Numbered from the stretch's first letter, positions 22,878-33,732 are shown. The stretch is 64,000 bases of DNA from Escherichia coli (GCF_003334385.1 NZ_QOWN01000024.1); one strand, 5' to 3'. Program-made: numbers and translations. Notes: a model not told the origin generated them from the sequence alone.

Positions 22878-23570
22878 TCAGAAGAAATACTTCGTCCCGA
22901 TACGAATCTGGTTTTGCTCGCGGTGGTACGGTTCGACATTACGATCTAACCAGCGTAATTCGAAATAAGGCAGCCAGTGTTCATTAATGCGATAACGGAA
23001 GGTGTTAGTGATTTCCCAGTGATGATCTTTTCCATTGCTGCTATTAAAGTCATTTACGCGTATAAAATAATGTGGCTCAAATGTATAGGAGAACTTATCG
23101 GTGATTTTAAAATTCCAGTAGGTACCAATTTCATAGGTGTCATTATTATCCAGTTCCCCGCTCAAATCTGTTGAACTATAGTTATTATGGTTATAGCGAT
23201 TTCGTACTGTCAGATTAAACCATGGTACAAATTTATAGTTGACGTCCAGATACACTGCACCACCCGAACCGATACTCTTATCATTAATTAAGCCACCGGG
23301 CTGGATGGTTAATTTATCGGTTGGTTTAAATAACGGATACCAACCTTCGATTTCGTTATATCCATGTTTTAGTTCATCTTCTCGCTGAAAGGTGTAGGTA
23401 TTGGTTAACATAATACCCGCGCCCATATCGAAGTTATAACCCACACGTAGCATAACCTCGCCCTGATCGGAGGCGAGATTATATGCCTCCCTGTTTTCGA
23501 CGTATGCGCCAGCGAATACTGAGGCAGAGGTCAGAGAAGATAATAAAATTATTGCATTAATATTTTTCAT
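22878..23570 (-). CDS. ompL: outer membrane porin OmpL
   Basis: 230 aa from Met MKNINAIILLSSLTSASVFA (signal peptide); beta-barrel C-terminal ...RIGTKYFF. Confidence 0.85.
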   Translation of the reverse strand: MKNINAIILLSSLTSASVFAGAYVENREAYNLASDQGEVMLRVGYNFDMGAGIMLTNTYTFQREDELKHGYNEIEGWYPLFKPTDKLTIQPGGLINDKSIGSGGAVYLDVNYKFVPWFNLTVRNRYNHNNYSSTDLSGELDNNDTYEIGTYWNFKITDKFSYTFEPHYFIRVNDFNSSNGKDHHWEITNTFRYRINEHWLPYFELRWLDRNVEPYHREQNQIRIGTKYFF

Positions 23571-23636
23571 AATAAGTCCATTTTTAAACGTAGGGAGGCC
23601 GCCACCCACCAGGATGGAAATAGCGGCTATTGACAT

Positions 23637-25040
23637 TTATAACGTTACGGAAGCCGTTTTTTCTTCTGTCTCAATTTCTTTATTTTTGCGTTGGTTGATT
23701 TCCTCAATAATCAACGCAAACCGTTTTTCATTGAGTGTGTAAAAGAATCCCATCGTCAATGCAGCAATAATTGCCAGTGCACAAGGCCAGATAAAAATGA
23801 GCTGACGCAAACCCTGTAATGTCGCATCACTTTGCGCGATGTTGGGAACATAACCGATTTGCGTCAGCATAATGCCTGGCAAGAAGCCAGCAAGTGCGGC
23901 AGAAATTTTACGAAAGAAGGTATAACCGGTATAAACAGAACCTTCGGCACGAATACCGGTTTTCCATTCACCGTAATCTACGGTATCTGGTACCAGCGCC
24001 CAGTTCAGGCTGTTTACAAAGGCCGTGCCAAAAAAGGCGACACAAGAGAACATGACGAAAGTGAAAGAGTTACTTCCCCAGAAATAATTCAGGATATCAC
24101 CAACCGCCCATAGCACCATGCCAGCTAAATAAACCTGTTTTTTACCAAAACATTTTACAGTTAATGGCACCAGTAATACGCCGACGAGGATGCATCCCAT
24201 ACTGAAGAATCCCATCCACGACAATAAATTAATATCATTCAGCACATACTGGGTGTAATAGACCTGAATCGCCAGTTTGATATTAAATGCCGCCAGGGTA
24301 CACAAGTTAGCAATGCATAAAACCAGCAATGGCGGATTCCGAAATATCGCGCAAAAAGATTTGAGAATACTGGCTTTATGTCCGGTTGGTGCTGTGTCCA
24401 CATAATGCTCTTTGACGCCTCTGTAGCACAGCATCATAAAAATAAAGCCGCCAATGGAGAACATAAGTGCCGCACAGGCATAACCGACGGTTGAGTCAGA
24501 AAAAAGCGACTGCAACGGAATAAACGCCACGGTACAAATCAATAGCCCTATGGTTGCACCACCCTGGCGGTAAGCCGCGAGCTGCGCGCGCTCATTCGGG
24601 TTTTTGGTAATTGCCGGGATCATCGCGCCATACGAGCAGTTCATCAGACTGTATGAAAGCCCAAACATCATAAACAGCGCCGTGGCAATCGTCGTTTTAA
24701 CCGGCAAACTAAAAGTGGTGGCGATAAACTGGAGCGTTGCAATTAACGCCGCCGGAACCGCTGCATATAAAATAAAGGGACGAAATTTGCCTTTAGGCCC
24801 AATATTTTTCCGCGAGTCGAGTAAAAATCCGGTGAGCATATCGGTAAACGCGGTAAAAAACTTCGCCACCAGAAAGATAATCCCGCCATAGTAAGCTGGC
24901 ATCCCTAATTCATCGGTATAAAATTTGAGGAGATACAGAGTACCGATGCTAAGCATTAAATTCGAACCAACGTCGCCCATACCATAGGCGATTTTTTCCC
25001 ACAGATTCAGTTTTAATGTCAGTGGATTATGGTCAGACAT
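23637..25040 (-). CDS. yihO: GPH-family sugar:cation symporter YihO (sulfoquinovose importer)
   Basis: 467 aa polytopic membrane protein; paralogous to the adjacent yihP. Confidence 0.88.
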   Translation of the reverse strand: MSDHNPLTLKLNLWEKIAYGMGDVGSNLMLSIGTLYLLKFYTDELGMPAYYGGIIFLVAKFFTAFTDMLTGFLLDSRKNIGPKGKFRPFILYAAVPAALIATLQFIATTFSLPVKTTIATALFMMFGLSYSLMNCSYGAMIPAITKNPNERAQLAAYRQGGATIGLLICTVAFIPLQSLFSDSTVGYACAALMFSIGGFIFMMLCYRGVKEHYVDTAPTGHKASILKSFCAIFRNPPLLVLCIANLCTLAAFNIKLAIQVYYTQYVLNDINLLSWMGFFSMGCILVGVLLVPLTVKCFGKKQVYLAGMVLWAVGDILNYFWGSNSFTFVMFSCVAFFGTAFVNSLNWALVPDTVDYGEWKTGIRAEGSVYTGYTFFRKISAALAGFLPGIMLTQIGYVPNIAQSDATLQGLRQLIFIWPCALAIIAALTMGFFYTLNEKRFALIIEEINQRKNKEIETEEKTASVTL

Positions 25041-25079
25041 AATCACTCCTTATAACGCCCCGCAGGGCGTCGTTTATTA

Positions 25080-26465
25080 TTACGCCGTGCGTTTACGGGC
25101 TTCTATTTCTTCAACAATGCGGACATACATCTTCTCGTTCAGGCTGTAGAAGCAGCCCATCGCTACAATGGTGACTACCGCCAGTGCGCTTGGGTAGATG
25201 AAGATCAGCTGGCGCAACCCTTCAATGGTGTGGTCAGCCTGTGCGACGTTCGGCACATAGCCAATTTGCGTCAGCATCCAGCCGGGGAAGAAACCTGCCA
25301 GCGCCTGAGAAACTTTGCGAAAGAAGGTGAAGCCGGTGTAGACCGTCCCTTCAGAACGGACACCGGTGCGCCACTCGCCGTACTCGACGGTGTCAGAAAC
25401 CAGCGCCCAGTTCAGGCTGTTAACAAACGCCGAACCAAAGAACGCCAGGCAGGAGAAAGCCACAAAGTTGACCGAGCCGCCGCCGAAGAAATAGTTGAGC
25501 AGATCGCCCAGCACCCAGATCAGCAGACCGCCAATATAGACCTTCTTCTTACCAAAACGCCTGACTGCACCAGGCATCAGGAACACGCCGATGAAAATAC
25601 AGCCCATGCTGAAAAATCCCATATATGACAACAGGATGGGATCGTTAAGCACGTACTGGGTGTAATAGACCTGAATGGCGAGCTTGACGTTAAACGCCCC
25701 TAAGGTACAGAGGTTGGCAATGCACAAAATGAACAGTGGGCGGTTACCGGCAATTGCGCGGAAAGATTGCAACAGGCCTGGCTTTTGCGCCGGATTGGTA
25801 GGTTGGGTTTCGACATAACGCTCTTTCACGCCCGAATAGCAGATCCACATAAACAGCAGGCCAAACAGTGAAAACAGCGTGGCGGCGAAGATATAGCCAA
25901 GTTGCTGATTACCCTCGATAAGATTCATAACCGGCACGAATCCCACCGTGCACAGCAGCAGGCCCAGCGTAGCGCTGCCCTGACGCCATGCTGCCAGCGA
26001 GGCGCGTTCGTTGGGGTTTTTGGTAATGGCGGGAACCATTGCGCCGTAGGAGCAGTTCATCATGCTGAAAAACAGTCCGTAAAGCATAAACAGAATAGTG
26101 GCCATCACCGTTTTACCGGTGACATCGAACGGTGTGCCGATAAAGTTAGCGATTGCCAATAAGGTAACCGGGAATGACGCATACAGAATAAAAGGACGGA
26201 ATTTACCTTTTGGACCGATCTTGCGTCGGGAATCCAACATGATGCCGGTTCCCATATCGGTAAAGGCGGTAAAGAATTTCGAGATCAAAAAGATAATGCC
26301 GCCATAGGTGCCAGGCAGCCCCAGAACGTCGGTATAAAACTTCAAAAGATAAAGCGTACCAATATCCAGCAGGATGTTAGAGGCCAGATCGCCGATACCG
26401 TAAGAGAGTTTCTCTTTAAAGGGCAGGCGCAAAGTTGCCGGATCTTCCGTTGTGATGTGACTCAT
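25080..26465 (-). CDS. yihP: GPH-family transporter YihP
   Basis: 461 aa from Met MSHITTED; clearly similar to YihO along its length (e.g. shared LYLLKFYTD, LCIANLCTL motifs). Confidence 0.88.
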   Translation of the reverse strand: MSHITTEDPATLRLPFKEKLSYGIGDLASNILLDIGTLYLLKFYTDVLGLPGTYGGIIFLISKFFTAFTDMGTGIMLDSRRKIGPKGKFRPFILYASFPVTLLAIANFIGTPFDVTGKTVMATILFMLYGLFFSMMNCSYGAMVPAITKNPNERASLAAWRQGSATLGLLLCTVGFVPVMNLIEGNQQLGYIFAATLFSLFGLLFMWICYSGVKERYVETQPTNPAQKPGLLQSFRAIAGNRPLFILCIANLCTLGAFNVKLAIQVYYTQYVLNDPILLSYMGFFSMGCIFIGVFLMPGAVRRFGKKKVYIGGLLIWVLGDLLNYFFGGGSVNFVAFSCLAFFGSAFVNSLNWALVSDTVEYGEWRTGVRSEGTVYTGFTFFRKVSQALAGFFPGWMLTQIGYVPNVAQADHTIEGLRQLIFIYPSALAVVTIVAMGCFYSLNEKMYVRIVEEIEARKRTA

Positions 26466-26510
26466 CGTTATTCTCCATTTGCCCGTGAGTTTCCCCACGG
26501 GCGGGCATGA

Positions 26511-28547
26511 TTAGATGTTTTTTAACGAGGCGAACAGTGCAGCCCATTCGCTGTCGGCGCGATAAAAGACCGGCGGCTTGCCGATGGGCGCTTCAACAGT
26601 TATTTCTCCACCGTGGAAGGTTTCTCCGGTCCAGGCGTGGACCCAGTTATCCTCTGGCAGATAGAGCGTCCAGTCGCTGCGACCTTCTTCGTGTACCGGA
26701 GCAACCAGAATGTCGCGACCTAACAGGTACTGATATTTCAGGGAATAGGTCTGCGCGTCGTCTTCGTAATGCAGGAACAGCGGGCGCATAACCGGCAGGC
26801 CGGACTTCGCATTCAGCGCGACGGCCTCTTTCAGGTAAGGTTTCAGGGTGGTGAAGACGGTGGTCATACGGGCGAAATGGGCGATGGTTTCCGCGTCGCC
26901 GTCAAACTGCCAGTTGTCGCCAGGACGGTTACCTTCGTGGGTGCGCATCATCGGCGTGAAGGCGCTGAAATCGCACCAGCGCAGCAGCAGCTCTTTGCTG
27001 CGCTTCATCTCAAACAGGGTGGTATAACCGCCAATGTCGCTGTGATGCAGGCCATGTCCGGTCATTGCCAGAGATAGCGCCGCCGGGACAACCGACGCCA
27101 GGCCATCGTCCAGACTCCAGTCCACGTTCTGGTCACCCGCCCACATCATGGTGGAGTATTTCTGGCTACCGGTAGAACCGGCGCGCATAAAGAAGAGGAT
27201 CTCGCCGAGCTTGCCCGTTTCTTCAAGGGCTTCGTAGTTACATTTCGCCCACAGCGCGGGCCAGGCGTTATGCATAATTTCCGCGCTGATGCCGTTATGC
27301 AGGTACGTGTCGGTGGGCAGATACTCGCCGAAGTCAGCCATCCAGCCGCCGCAGCCGAGTTCAATCATGTTCTTTTTGATAACTTCCTTGAACCAGGCGT
27401 AGGCTTCCGGATTGGTGAGATCGACAACGCCGCCGTAGAACTCGCCAAACTCCACCAGATAGTCGCCACCGGCGACATCTTTTGCCAGATAACCGCGCTT
27501 TGCCGCCTCTTCGCAGAGATCTTTATCACTGGCAACATACGGGTTGATATAGGCAAGGAACTGCACGCCCTCTTTGTTCCACTGCTTGATACGCGAATCC
27601 AGTTGCGGGTAGTTTTCGCTGTTCCACTTCCAGTTCCACATCACGCGTTTGCCAAAAGAGGTCATACGAATACCGGACCAGTCCTGCGCCCAGATGCCGT
27701 TGACCTTCACGCCCGCGTTACGCATGGTGTCCAGTTTCTTCTGGCACACTTCCGTCCCGCCCTGAATGCCGAGCGTTACTCCGTCATAAATCCAGTCGGG
27801 CAGTTCTGGCTGGCGTCCCAGCAGGGCGGTTAATTTTTCCAGCAGGGAGATGTATGTGTCAGCACATTCAAAACGCAGCGTTGCTTTGTCTTCCCACAGC
27901 GCCAGTTCATGGTATTCCGGGGCACTAAAGTCGAAGTTCATATAGCAACTGTTATCAACATGGCAGTAATACTTCTGCGTGCTGACAAACGTAGGCTGTG
28001 GGAAGAAAGTCCAGTAATAGTCGCCGCCCGCATTTTCTTTGCAGTCGGCCTGCCAGGTGACATAGGTTTGTTTATTGCGACCAACGCCTTGTTCACTGGT
28101 CCATAGCGGGAACGGTTTGCCACGCAGATCGAAGTAGGAAAACTGTTCGCCGCAGCCGTAGATATGGTCCTCTGGTTGAGCGGCAAGGCGCAGCCAGATA
28201 CGGTTGTGGTTAAGGTTGTCGTTTTGTAGTTCCAGCAATAAACGGCCCTGATCGTCGGCAGAGATATTCAGCGTGGCGCTAATGTCAGAACCACGGCTGA
28301 AATGGATTAACCAACCATCCGGCGACTGGCTGACGATGGCGTCGGTAAGCGCAATTTTCTCCTGTAGTTTATCTTTAATGCTGAAATTGCCGCGGAACAT
28401 ATCGATATCCGCAATACCTGAACCAATCCATAAACAAGGATTATCTTTGCTATGGGTTAAAATAAGACGCTGTTGAAAATGTAGGGTAAAACTGTCGTTA
28501 TTCTGATGAAACTGAAAATCTGGTAATTGTGGGCGTGGCGTATCCAT
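26511..28547 (-). CDS. yihQ: sulfoquinovosidase YihQ (glycoside hydrolase family 31)
   Basis: 678 aa; GH31 catalytic region (WMADFGEYLP). Confidence 0.92.
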   Translation of the reverse strand: MDTPRPQLPDFQFHQNNDSFTLHFQQRLILTHSKDNPCLWIGSGIADIDMFRGNFSIKDKLQEKIALTDAIVSQSPDGWLIHFSRGSDISATLNISADDQGRLLLELQNDNLNHNRIWLRLAAQPEDHIYGCGEQFSYFDLRGKPFPLWTSEQGVGRNKQTYVTWQADCKENAGGDYYWTFFPQPTFVSTQKYYCHVDNSCYMNFDFSAPEYHELALWEDKATLRFECADTYISLLEKLTALLGRQPELPDWIYDGVTLGIQGGTEVCQKKLDTMRNAGVKVNGIWAQDWSGIRMTSFGKRVMWNWKWNSENYPQLDSRIKQWNKEGVQFLAYINPYVASDKDLCEEAAKRGYLAKDVAGGDYLVEFGEFYGGVVDLTNPEAYAWFKEVIKKNMIELGCGGWMADFGEYLPTDTYLHNGISAEIMHNAWPALWAKCNYEALEETGKLGEILFFMRAGSTGSQKYSTMMWAGDQNVDWSLDDGLASVVPAALSLAMTGHGLHHSDIGGYTTLFEMKRSKELLLRWCDFSAFTPMMRTHEGNRPGDNWQFDGDAETIAHFARMTTVFTTLKPYLKEAVALNAKSGLPVMRPLFLHYEDDAQTYSLKYQYLLGRDILVAPVHEEGRSDWTLYLPEDNWVHAWTGETFHGGEITVEAPIGKPPVFYRADSEWAALFASLKNI

Positions 28548-28655
28548 AAATAATCTCCATAGAGTATAAAGCTAATATTTCATGCCATCCTGTTGTTACA
28601 GGTTTCATTAATTAAAGAATGTGGTGCTGGTATAAATTAAAACCCGCATAAGTGA

Positions 28656-29531
28656 TTATTTACTTTCTTCAGCCCGGCGGATTGCCGCCACTTTTTTACC
28701 AAATGCCAGTTGCAGTATAACTAACAAGGTAAAAGGAGGCAGAAGCGCGGCAGCAGCGGGAATTCCCAGCGCGCCTTTTATCAACATAGAACCGGAGGCA
28801 ATCAGCAACAAAAAGACCATCACACGGAACACTTTGACTGAAATGCGTTTATGCACATATTGTCCAACCAGTGAACCGAGGATCATGGTGGGAATACAAA
28901 ACAGCACCAGTTTAAAGATAGAAACAGTCAAAATTCCGCTGGTCGCCAGCCCGCCGATCACCGCGATGTTGTTTGCGGTGAAGAAAGCGTTCAGAGTGCC
29001 ACGAAATGCCGCCGGGCCTAAGTTACGCAGCATACCGTAGATAACCATCGGCGGTCCGTTGGTTGAAAACGCTGCCCCTAACGCTCCTGCCACAGCGCCG
29101 ATAGGTGCGGCGATCCAGTTGCGGTCATAAATCGGCAGGCGTGGAATAAACATACTGTAAAAGGAGTACAGGATAAGGAATCCGCCTAAGCCCACTTTCA
29201 TAAAATGGTCGGGTAAATATGACAGCGCATATAAACCGACGGGTATTCCCAGAAACGAGAAAATAATCAGTACCATTGCCGATCGCCAATCCGTTTCTTT
29301 ACGTGACAGCCAGGTGGCGTACAAGGCGGTCGCGGTGCCGACAATCACCGAGAGCGGAGTTGCCATTTTTACGGGGAGCATTAACGTGACGAGCGGCATG
29401 GTGGTTAAACCACCGCCAAATCCCGCGCATATCCCCACAAAGGTATAAAGAAACATTAACGCGATAACGATACATACCACGTTTGTTTCCAGCATGACCC
29501 CATCCGGTGAAAATAACGTAAAAAAGTCCAT
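28656..29531 (-). CDS. TauE/SafE-family (DUF81) inner membrane protein, putative sulfonate/anion exporter
   Basis: 291 aa ORF with about 8 hydrophobic helices and the family-typical glycine motif GFGGGL near the N-terminus and a second G-rich helix in the C-terminal half; RBS aggaaat 7 nt upstream; same strand and tight spacing with yihR (60 bp) and yihQ (108 bp). Not a gene I recognise at this position in K-12. Confidence 0.7.
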   Translation of the reverse strand: MDFFTLFSPDGVMLETNVVCIVIALMFLYTFVGICAGFGGGLTTMPLVTLMLPVKMATPLSVIVGTATALYATWLSRKETDWRSAMVLIIFSFLGIPVGLYALSYLPDHFMKVGLGGFLILYSFYSMFIPRLPIYDRNWIAAPIGAVAGALGAAFSTNGPPMVIYGMLRNLGPAAFRGTLNAFFTANNIAVIGGLATSGILTVSIFKLVLFCIPTMILGSLVGQYVHKRISVKVFRVMVFLLLIASGSMLIKGALGIPAAAALLPPFTLLVILQLAFGKKVAAIRRAEESK

Positions 29532-29591
29532 GATATTTCCTGTTGTGTAAATACAACCCTAAACAATGATCTCGTTCTTTTCTTAATAAAA

Positions 29592-30494
29592 TTAATTGTG
29601 CTGCCCGTAAATATTAAAAAACAGGCGGTGCGTTTTCCCTGGTTCCAGTAATAATAAGTCGAGACCTGAATTAAAGGCGTTAGGTGGGCAACTCATAGGT
29701 TCAACTGCCAGTCCCTGACGCTGTAATTTTTCGCCGCTATAAATCTGCACCCAGGGTTGATCGGAACAAAGGCTTACCGAAAGCGCCTGTTGTGGATGGG
29801 TAATGGTTATTTCCCACAGATCATTAGCGGTTTTAAAGGTGTGGTCGATTTTTGTCGCGGCTATTTTTTTCGCCTGCGTGAAATTTAAATCCAGCTCATC
29901 AACGTGGTGAAGCGTTGTCGGATTAGCGTGCTCATCGACGGCATAAACCTGGTTTGCCGGAAGCTGGAACAGATATTCATCAACAGATGTTAAGTTGCAG
30001 GTTAAATAAGGATGAATACCCACACCATAGGGTGCGGTCACAGTACCAATATTCTGACTTGCGATCTCAACGGAAAGACCCGTGCGTGCATTGAGCGAAT
30101 AAACAACCTGCGAAGCCAGCATAAACGGATAGCCGTAACTGGGTGGCAGAAAAGCTGTCAGGGTAACGCTGGTGGCGGTTAATTCGCTGATTTGCCAGTC
30201 ACGCCAGGCGAGCAGCCCATGAATAGCGGCTTTTGAACCATGTTCATTAATGGGTAACTGATATTCCTGCCCCTGATAGCGATAACAGCCGTTGGCGATC
30301 CGGTTCGGCCACGGAATAAGGACTTTGCCCAGATGTGCCAGCGGCATCTCTTCGGGTTTATGTGGAATAACTAAATGACAGCCCTGAAAGGTTAATTCAG
30401 CCAGACCTGCACCGACGGTCACAATGGTCGCGTGATAATCCCCCGCGGCAAGTGAAACGGTCTGTCCACTGCAATGCATGTTGGTGATTTGCAT
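29592..30494 (-). CDS. yihR: aldose-1-epimerase-like mutarotase YihR
   Basis: 300 aa ORF; no in-frame upstream start before a stop 21 codons upstream. Confidence 0.85.
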   Translation of the reverse strand: MQITNMHCSGQTVSLAAGDYHATIVTVGAGLAELTFQGCHLVIPHKPEEMPLAHLGKVLIPWPNRIANGCYRYQGQEYQLPINEHGSKAAIHGLLAWRDWQISELTATSVTLTAFLPPSYGYPFMLASQVVYSLNARTGLSVEIASQNIGTVTAPYGVGIHPYLTCNLTSVDEYLFQLPANQVYAVDEHANPTTLHHVDELDLNFTQAKKIAATKIDHTFKTANDLWEITITHPQQALSVSLCSDQPWVQIYSGEKLQRQGLAVEPMSCPPNAFNSGLDLLLLEPGKTHRLFFNIYGQHN

Positions 30495-30562
30495 ACGAGG
30501 TACCTTTATTGAATAACGACATACCCGGCGTGCAGCCTGATATGTCGTTTTTTTTTAGTCAG

Positions 30563-31804
30563 CTATTTCGCGTTAATATCCAGCAGACCCGCCGCAACTG
30601 CCGGAGCCAGGCCTGGCGCTAACGGGATACGCGGGATCACCAGGCAATGCAGCAGGTGATAAATATCCTGTTTACCGTCCCAGACTTTCGTGGTGACTTT
30701 ATTGTCCGCATCCAGCTCCTGCCACCAGGAACCATTTTCATAGTCCATCAGGTACTTAATGCAGTAGTCCCACCATGTCTGATACCAGGTTTCATACTGG
30801 CGATCGCCGGTGACGGTGTAGAGCGCGTAGGCCGTACCCATCGCTTCGACGATAGGCCAACGCACACGTTCGCGGACCACCGGTTTTCCTTCCCAGTCAA
30901 CGGTATAAACAATCCCGTCCGCACCATCGGGTGCCCAGGCATCACGCACGGTGGCGTTAAACAGACCTTTGGCATCTTCTAGCAGCCATGCTGGCGGTTG
31001 TTCGCAACGGGCTTCCAGGGCCGCGTGGATGTGCAGCATTAAACGGCCCCATTCGATCCAGTGGCCTGGTGTACCTCCGAACGCGCGGAAGCGGTGCGCC
31101 GGGTTATCTTTGTTGTAATCCGGCAGCGGATTCCACTGGGTATCGAAGTGTTCGTTAACGCGATAATGATTATTTCTTGCGACGTCGTGGATAATCACGG
31201 AAGCCACGCGAATCGCGCGATCCAGCCATTTTTTGTCATGCGTTACGTCATAAACAATTAAGAAAGCTTCCACTGCGTGCATATTGGCATTGCCGCCGCG
31301 GTACTCTTCGGTTTTGCTGAAGGCTTCGTCCCAGGACTCCAGGCACATCTGCTCTTCTTCGCTCCAGAAGTATTTCTCGATAATTTCAATGGTGTAATCG
31401 AGCAGCTTGCGCGCTTCCGGATGACCGGTAGTGACGGCGCTGGCAGCACCCAGCAGAGCAAAGAAATGTTGATAGCCCTGTTTGGAGGCATCCACCACGC
31501 CCTCGTCATTCACACAGGCATACCAGCCGCCATATTTTTTATCGCGCAGTGCGCCGTTCATGGCTTTAATACCGTGATCAACCAACGAGTAAGCGCCAGG
31601 TCGACCCATCGCCGCAGCAACGGAATAAACGTGCAACATCCGAGCTGTGATCCACAGATGGGTGCCCATCTCTTCTTTGATTTGCCCTTTATTGCCTAAC
31701 CAGCCAAATCCAGTCGGTACTACGGAATTTTTACCAAAATCAAAGATGCGATCGGTTTCCTGTTCCAGCCAACGGTTGTGACTTAAAGTGTTAAACCATT
31801 TCAT
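30563..31804 (-). CDS. yihS: sulfoquinovose isomerase YihS
   Basis: 413 aa. Confidence 0.9.
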   Translation of the reverse strand: MKWFNTLSHNRWLEQETDRIFDFGKNSVVPTGFGWLGNKGQIKEEMGTHLWITARMLHVYSVAAAMGRPGAYSLVDHGIKAMNGALRDKKYGGWYACVNDEGVVDASKQGYQHFFALLGAASAVTTGHPEARKLLDYTIEIIEKYFWSEEEQMCLESWDEAFSKTEEYRGGNANMHAVEAFLIVYDVTHDKKWLDRAIRVASVIIHDVARNNHYRVNEHFDTQWNPLPDYNKDNPAHRFRAFGGTPGHWIEWGRLMLHIHAALEARCEQPPAWLLEDAKGLFNATVRDAWAPDGADGIVYTVDWEGKPVVRERVRWPIVEAMGTAYALYTVTGDRQYETWYQTWWDYCIKYLMDYENGSWWQELDADNKVTTKVWDGKQDIYHLLHCLVIPRIPLAPGLAPAVAAGLLDINAK

Positions 31805-31819
31805 TTTTGTATCCCCATC

Positions 31820-32698
31820 TTAACGGCGTTTAGCCATCATTTCGTCGACGATATCGCCCAGTTGTTGTAATTTCGGTGCACAAACGTCACGCAGCATCAG
31901 CTCGTTGTCTGGTAAACCGACGACCGATGCCCAGACGGCACGACCAGCCAGGAAGCCCGATGCACCCGCTGTCATTGCCACGCGTACGGCACGCGGGAAC
32001 AGTTTTTCGTCGACACCGGAAGAGAGGATCACCCACGGCATATTGATATGGTCATTCAGACGTTGTGAAGCACTGAGAAGCTCTTGTTGCGGACCTTTAC
32101 CGTAAAGCGGCATTTCAACTTTGTAGAGGTCAGCGCCACTGTCGCCCAGCTCTTTGGCAGCATCGATGATCGCTTGTTCGCGATCGAATTTATCGCCACG
32201 ACGTGGTGGGCGGACGACTGGCTCAATAATGCTTACCAGGCCGTGTGAGTGGCACAGTTCGTTAAACTCTTTCACCATATCCAGGCGTTGCTGCGCATCT
32301 TCATCACTACGCCACAGCACCAGCAGTTTTAAGGCTTTGCCACCGTCTTGTTTGATCTGTAGCGGATTGATTTTGCGGTCAATGACCACGCTATCTACCG
32401 GAATACCGTTGCCAGGAATGAACTCATCGGCGGCGACAATCATGGCGCAACTTTTGGCAATCGCGTTTTGCTCAACCACCTGGCGGTAACAGAATTGTTG
32501 ATCTACCAGAATCGCCGAGGCATAAGGCGAGAGGGTCTTCGCCGCGTTAACTTTGAAATCAGTTAAAACGCTATCGGCTACCGGAGCGGGTGCCCCAGCC
32601 GCGGCAAACATCATGCGCATGGCTTCGCGCTGATCGACCGCCAGCATGGCAAAACCGCCCGATGCGCGCGTAATGTCGTTGATGGTGTACTTATTCAT
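31820..32698 (-). CDS. yihT: 6-deoxy-6-sulfofructose-1-phosphate aldolase YihT
   Basis: 292 aa class I aldolase-like protein. Confidence 0.9.
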   Translation of the reverse strand: MNKYTINDITRASGGFAMLAVDQREAMRMMFAAAGAPAPVADSVLTDFKVNAAKTLSPYASAILVDQQFCYRQVVEQNAIAKSCAMIVAADEFIPGNGIPVDSVVIDRKINPLQIKQDGGKALKLLVLWRSDEDAQQRLDMVKEFNELCHSHGLVSIIEPVVRPPRRGDKFDREQAIIDAAKELGDSGADLYKVEMPLYGKGPQQELLSASQRLNDHINMPWVILSSGVDEKLFPRAVRVAMTAGASGFLAGRAVWASVVGLPDNELMLRDVCAPKLQQLGDIVDEMMAKRR

Positions 32699-32721
32699 TC
32701 ATTTATTCCTTTATCCAGTCG

Positions 32722-33618
32722 TTACATTTTTACTTTGGCAGTCATCCCGGCACTGACACGGACCTGTTCCAGAATGGCGGACCAGTCCTGGCGACCGCGA
32801 CCCGCTGCGCGCGCCTGGCTATAAACCTCCCGTGAGGCGGCCCCCAGCGGCATTGGCACATGCAGCTGGTTGGCGACATCAAGGGCGATGCCAAGATCCT
32901 TATGGGCAAGATCGATCATGAAGGCGGGAGAAAGATCTCCGCTGAGGACTTTGTTTGGCCAGGAAGTGGTGAAGTGGCCTTTACCGGCGGCGGTACCGCT
33001 CATCACTTTGACGGCAACATCGAAGGGAAGATTCAGGGCTTCGCACAAAACGGCAGCTTCTGCCGAAAGCGCATTGAGCGCGATGCTCATATAGTTGTTG
33101 ATGAGCTTAACGCGGATCCCCATGCCCGGACCGCCAGCGTTAATCAACTCACTGCCCATCGCCATCAGGATCGGCGTGGCACGTTCAACTTGTTCAGCGG
33201 TGCCGCCAGCCAGCAGTAACAGAGTACCGGTAATGGCATTTGCAGAAGTACGGCCTACCGGAACATCCATCATGCTGAAGCCTTTGGCTTGCATATCGGC
33301 AATCAATTTATCGGTTTGCAGCGGATGGATGGTCGACATATCAATGAGCAGCGCATCGGTAGATAAGCTTTCGCAAACGCCGTTTTCACCGAACAACACG
33401 CTGCGCACCAGATCGCCATTCGGCAACATGGTAATGATAAATTCGGCATCTTTAGCGGCCTGCGCCGGGGTGGCGGCGGGAGTCGCGCCTTTGTCTACCA
33501 GATGCCGCACAGCCTCGGCATTCACATCAAAGACGCGAAGTTGGTGCCCTTGCTGCAATAAATTGCTCGCCATTGGCGAACCCATTTGTCCTAAACCGAT
33601 AAACGCGATTGCTGCCAT
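32722..33618 (-). CDS. yihU: 3-sulfolactaldehyde reductase YihU
   Basis: 298 aa; N-terminal Rossmann motif GLGQMG (beta-hydroxyacid dehydrogenase family). Confidence 0.9.
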   Translation of the reverse strand: MAAIAFIGLGQMGSPMASNLLQQGHQLRVFDVNAEAVRHLVDKGATPAATPAQAAKDAEFIITMLPNGDLVRSVLFGENGVCESLSTDALLIDMSTIHPLQTDKLIADMQAKGFSMMDVPVGRTSANAITGTLLLLAGGTAEQVERATPILMAMGSELINAGGPGMGIRVKLINNYMSIALNALSAEAAVLCEALNLPFDVAVKVMSGTAAGKGHFTTSWPNKVLSGDLSPAFMIDLAHKDLGIALDVANQLHVPMPLGAASREVYSQARAAGRGRQDWSAILEQVRVSAGMTAKVKM

Positions 33619-33641
33619 AACCTTCTCCTGAATACAGCGAT

Positions 33642-33732
33642 GTCACTTTTTGTCATTTATGACACGCTTTGATTGTCTGTTTTTGATCGTATTTGTAATT
33701 TATAGTCAAAAAATTGACAGCCGTCACTTTTT
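33642..33732. promoter_or_regulatory. yihU/yihV divergent promoter region with repeated GTCACTTTTT operator-like motifs (candidate CsqR sites)
   Basis: gtcactttttgtcatttatgacac (33642-33668) and gtcacttttt (33723-33732) in a 161 bp divergent intergenic region. Confidence 0.5.

Noticed and set aside
29592-30494. Possible N-terminal truncation of yihR (300 aa here versus a longer length I vaguely recall)
   Set aside because: No in-frame alternative start exists upstream before a stop codon, and my recollection of the reference length is not reliable enough to call a difference.
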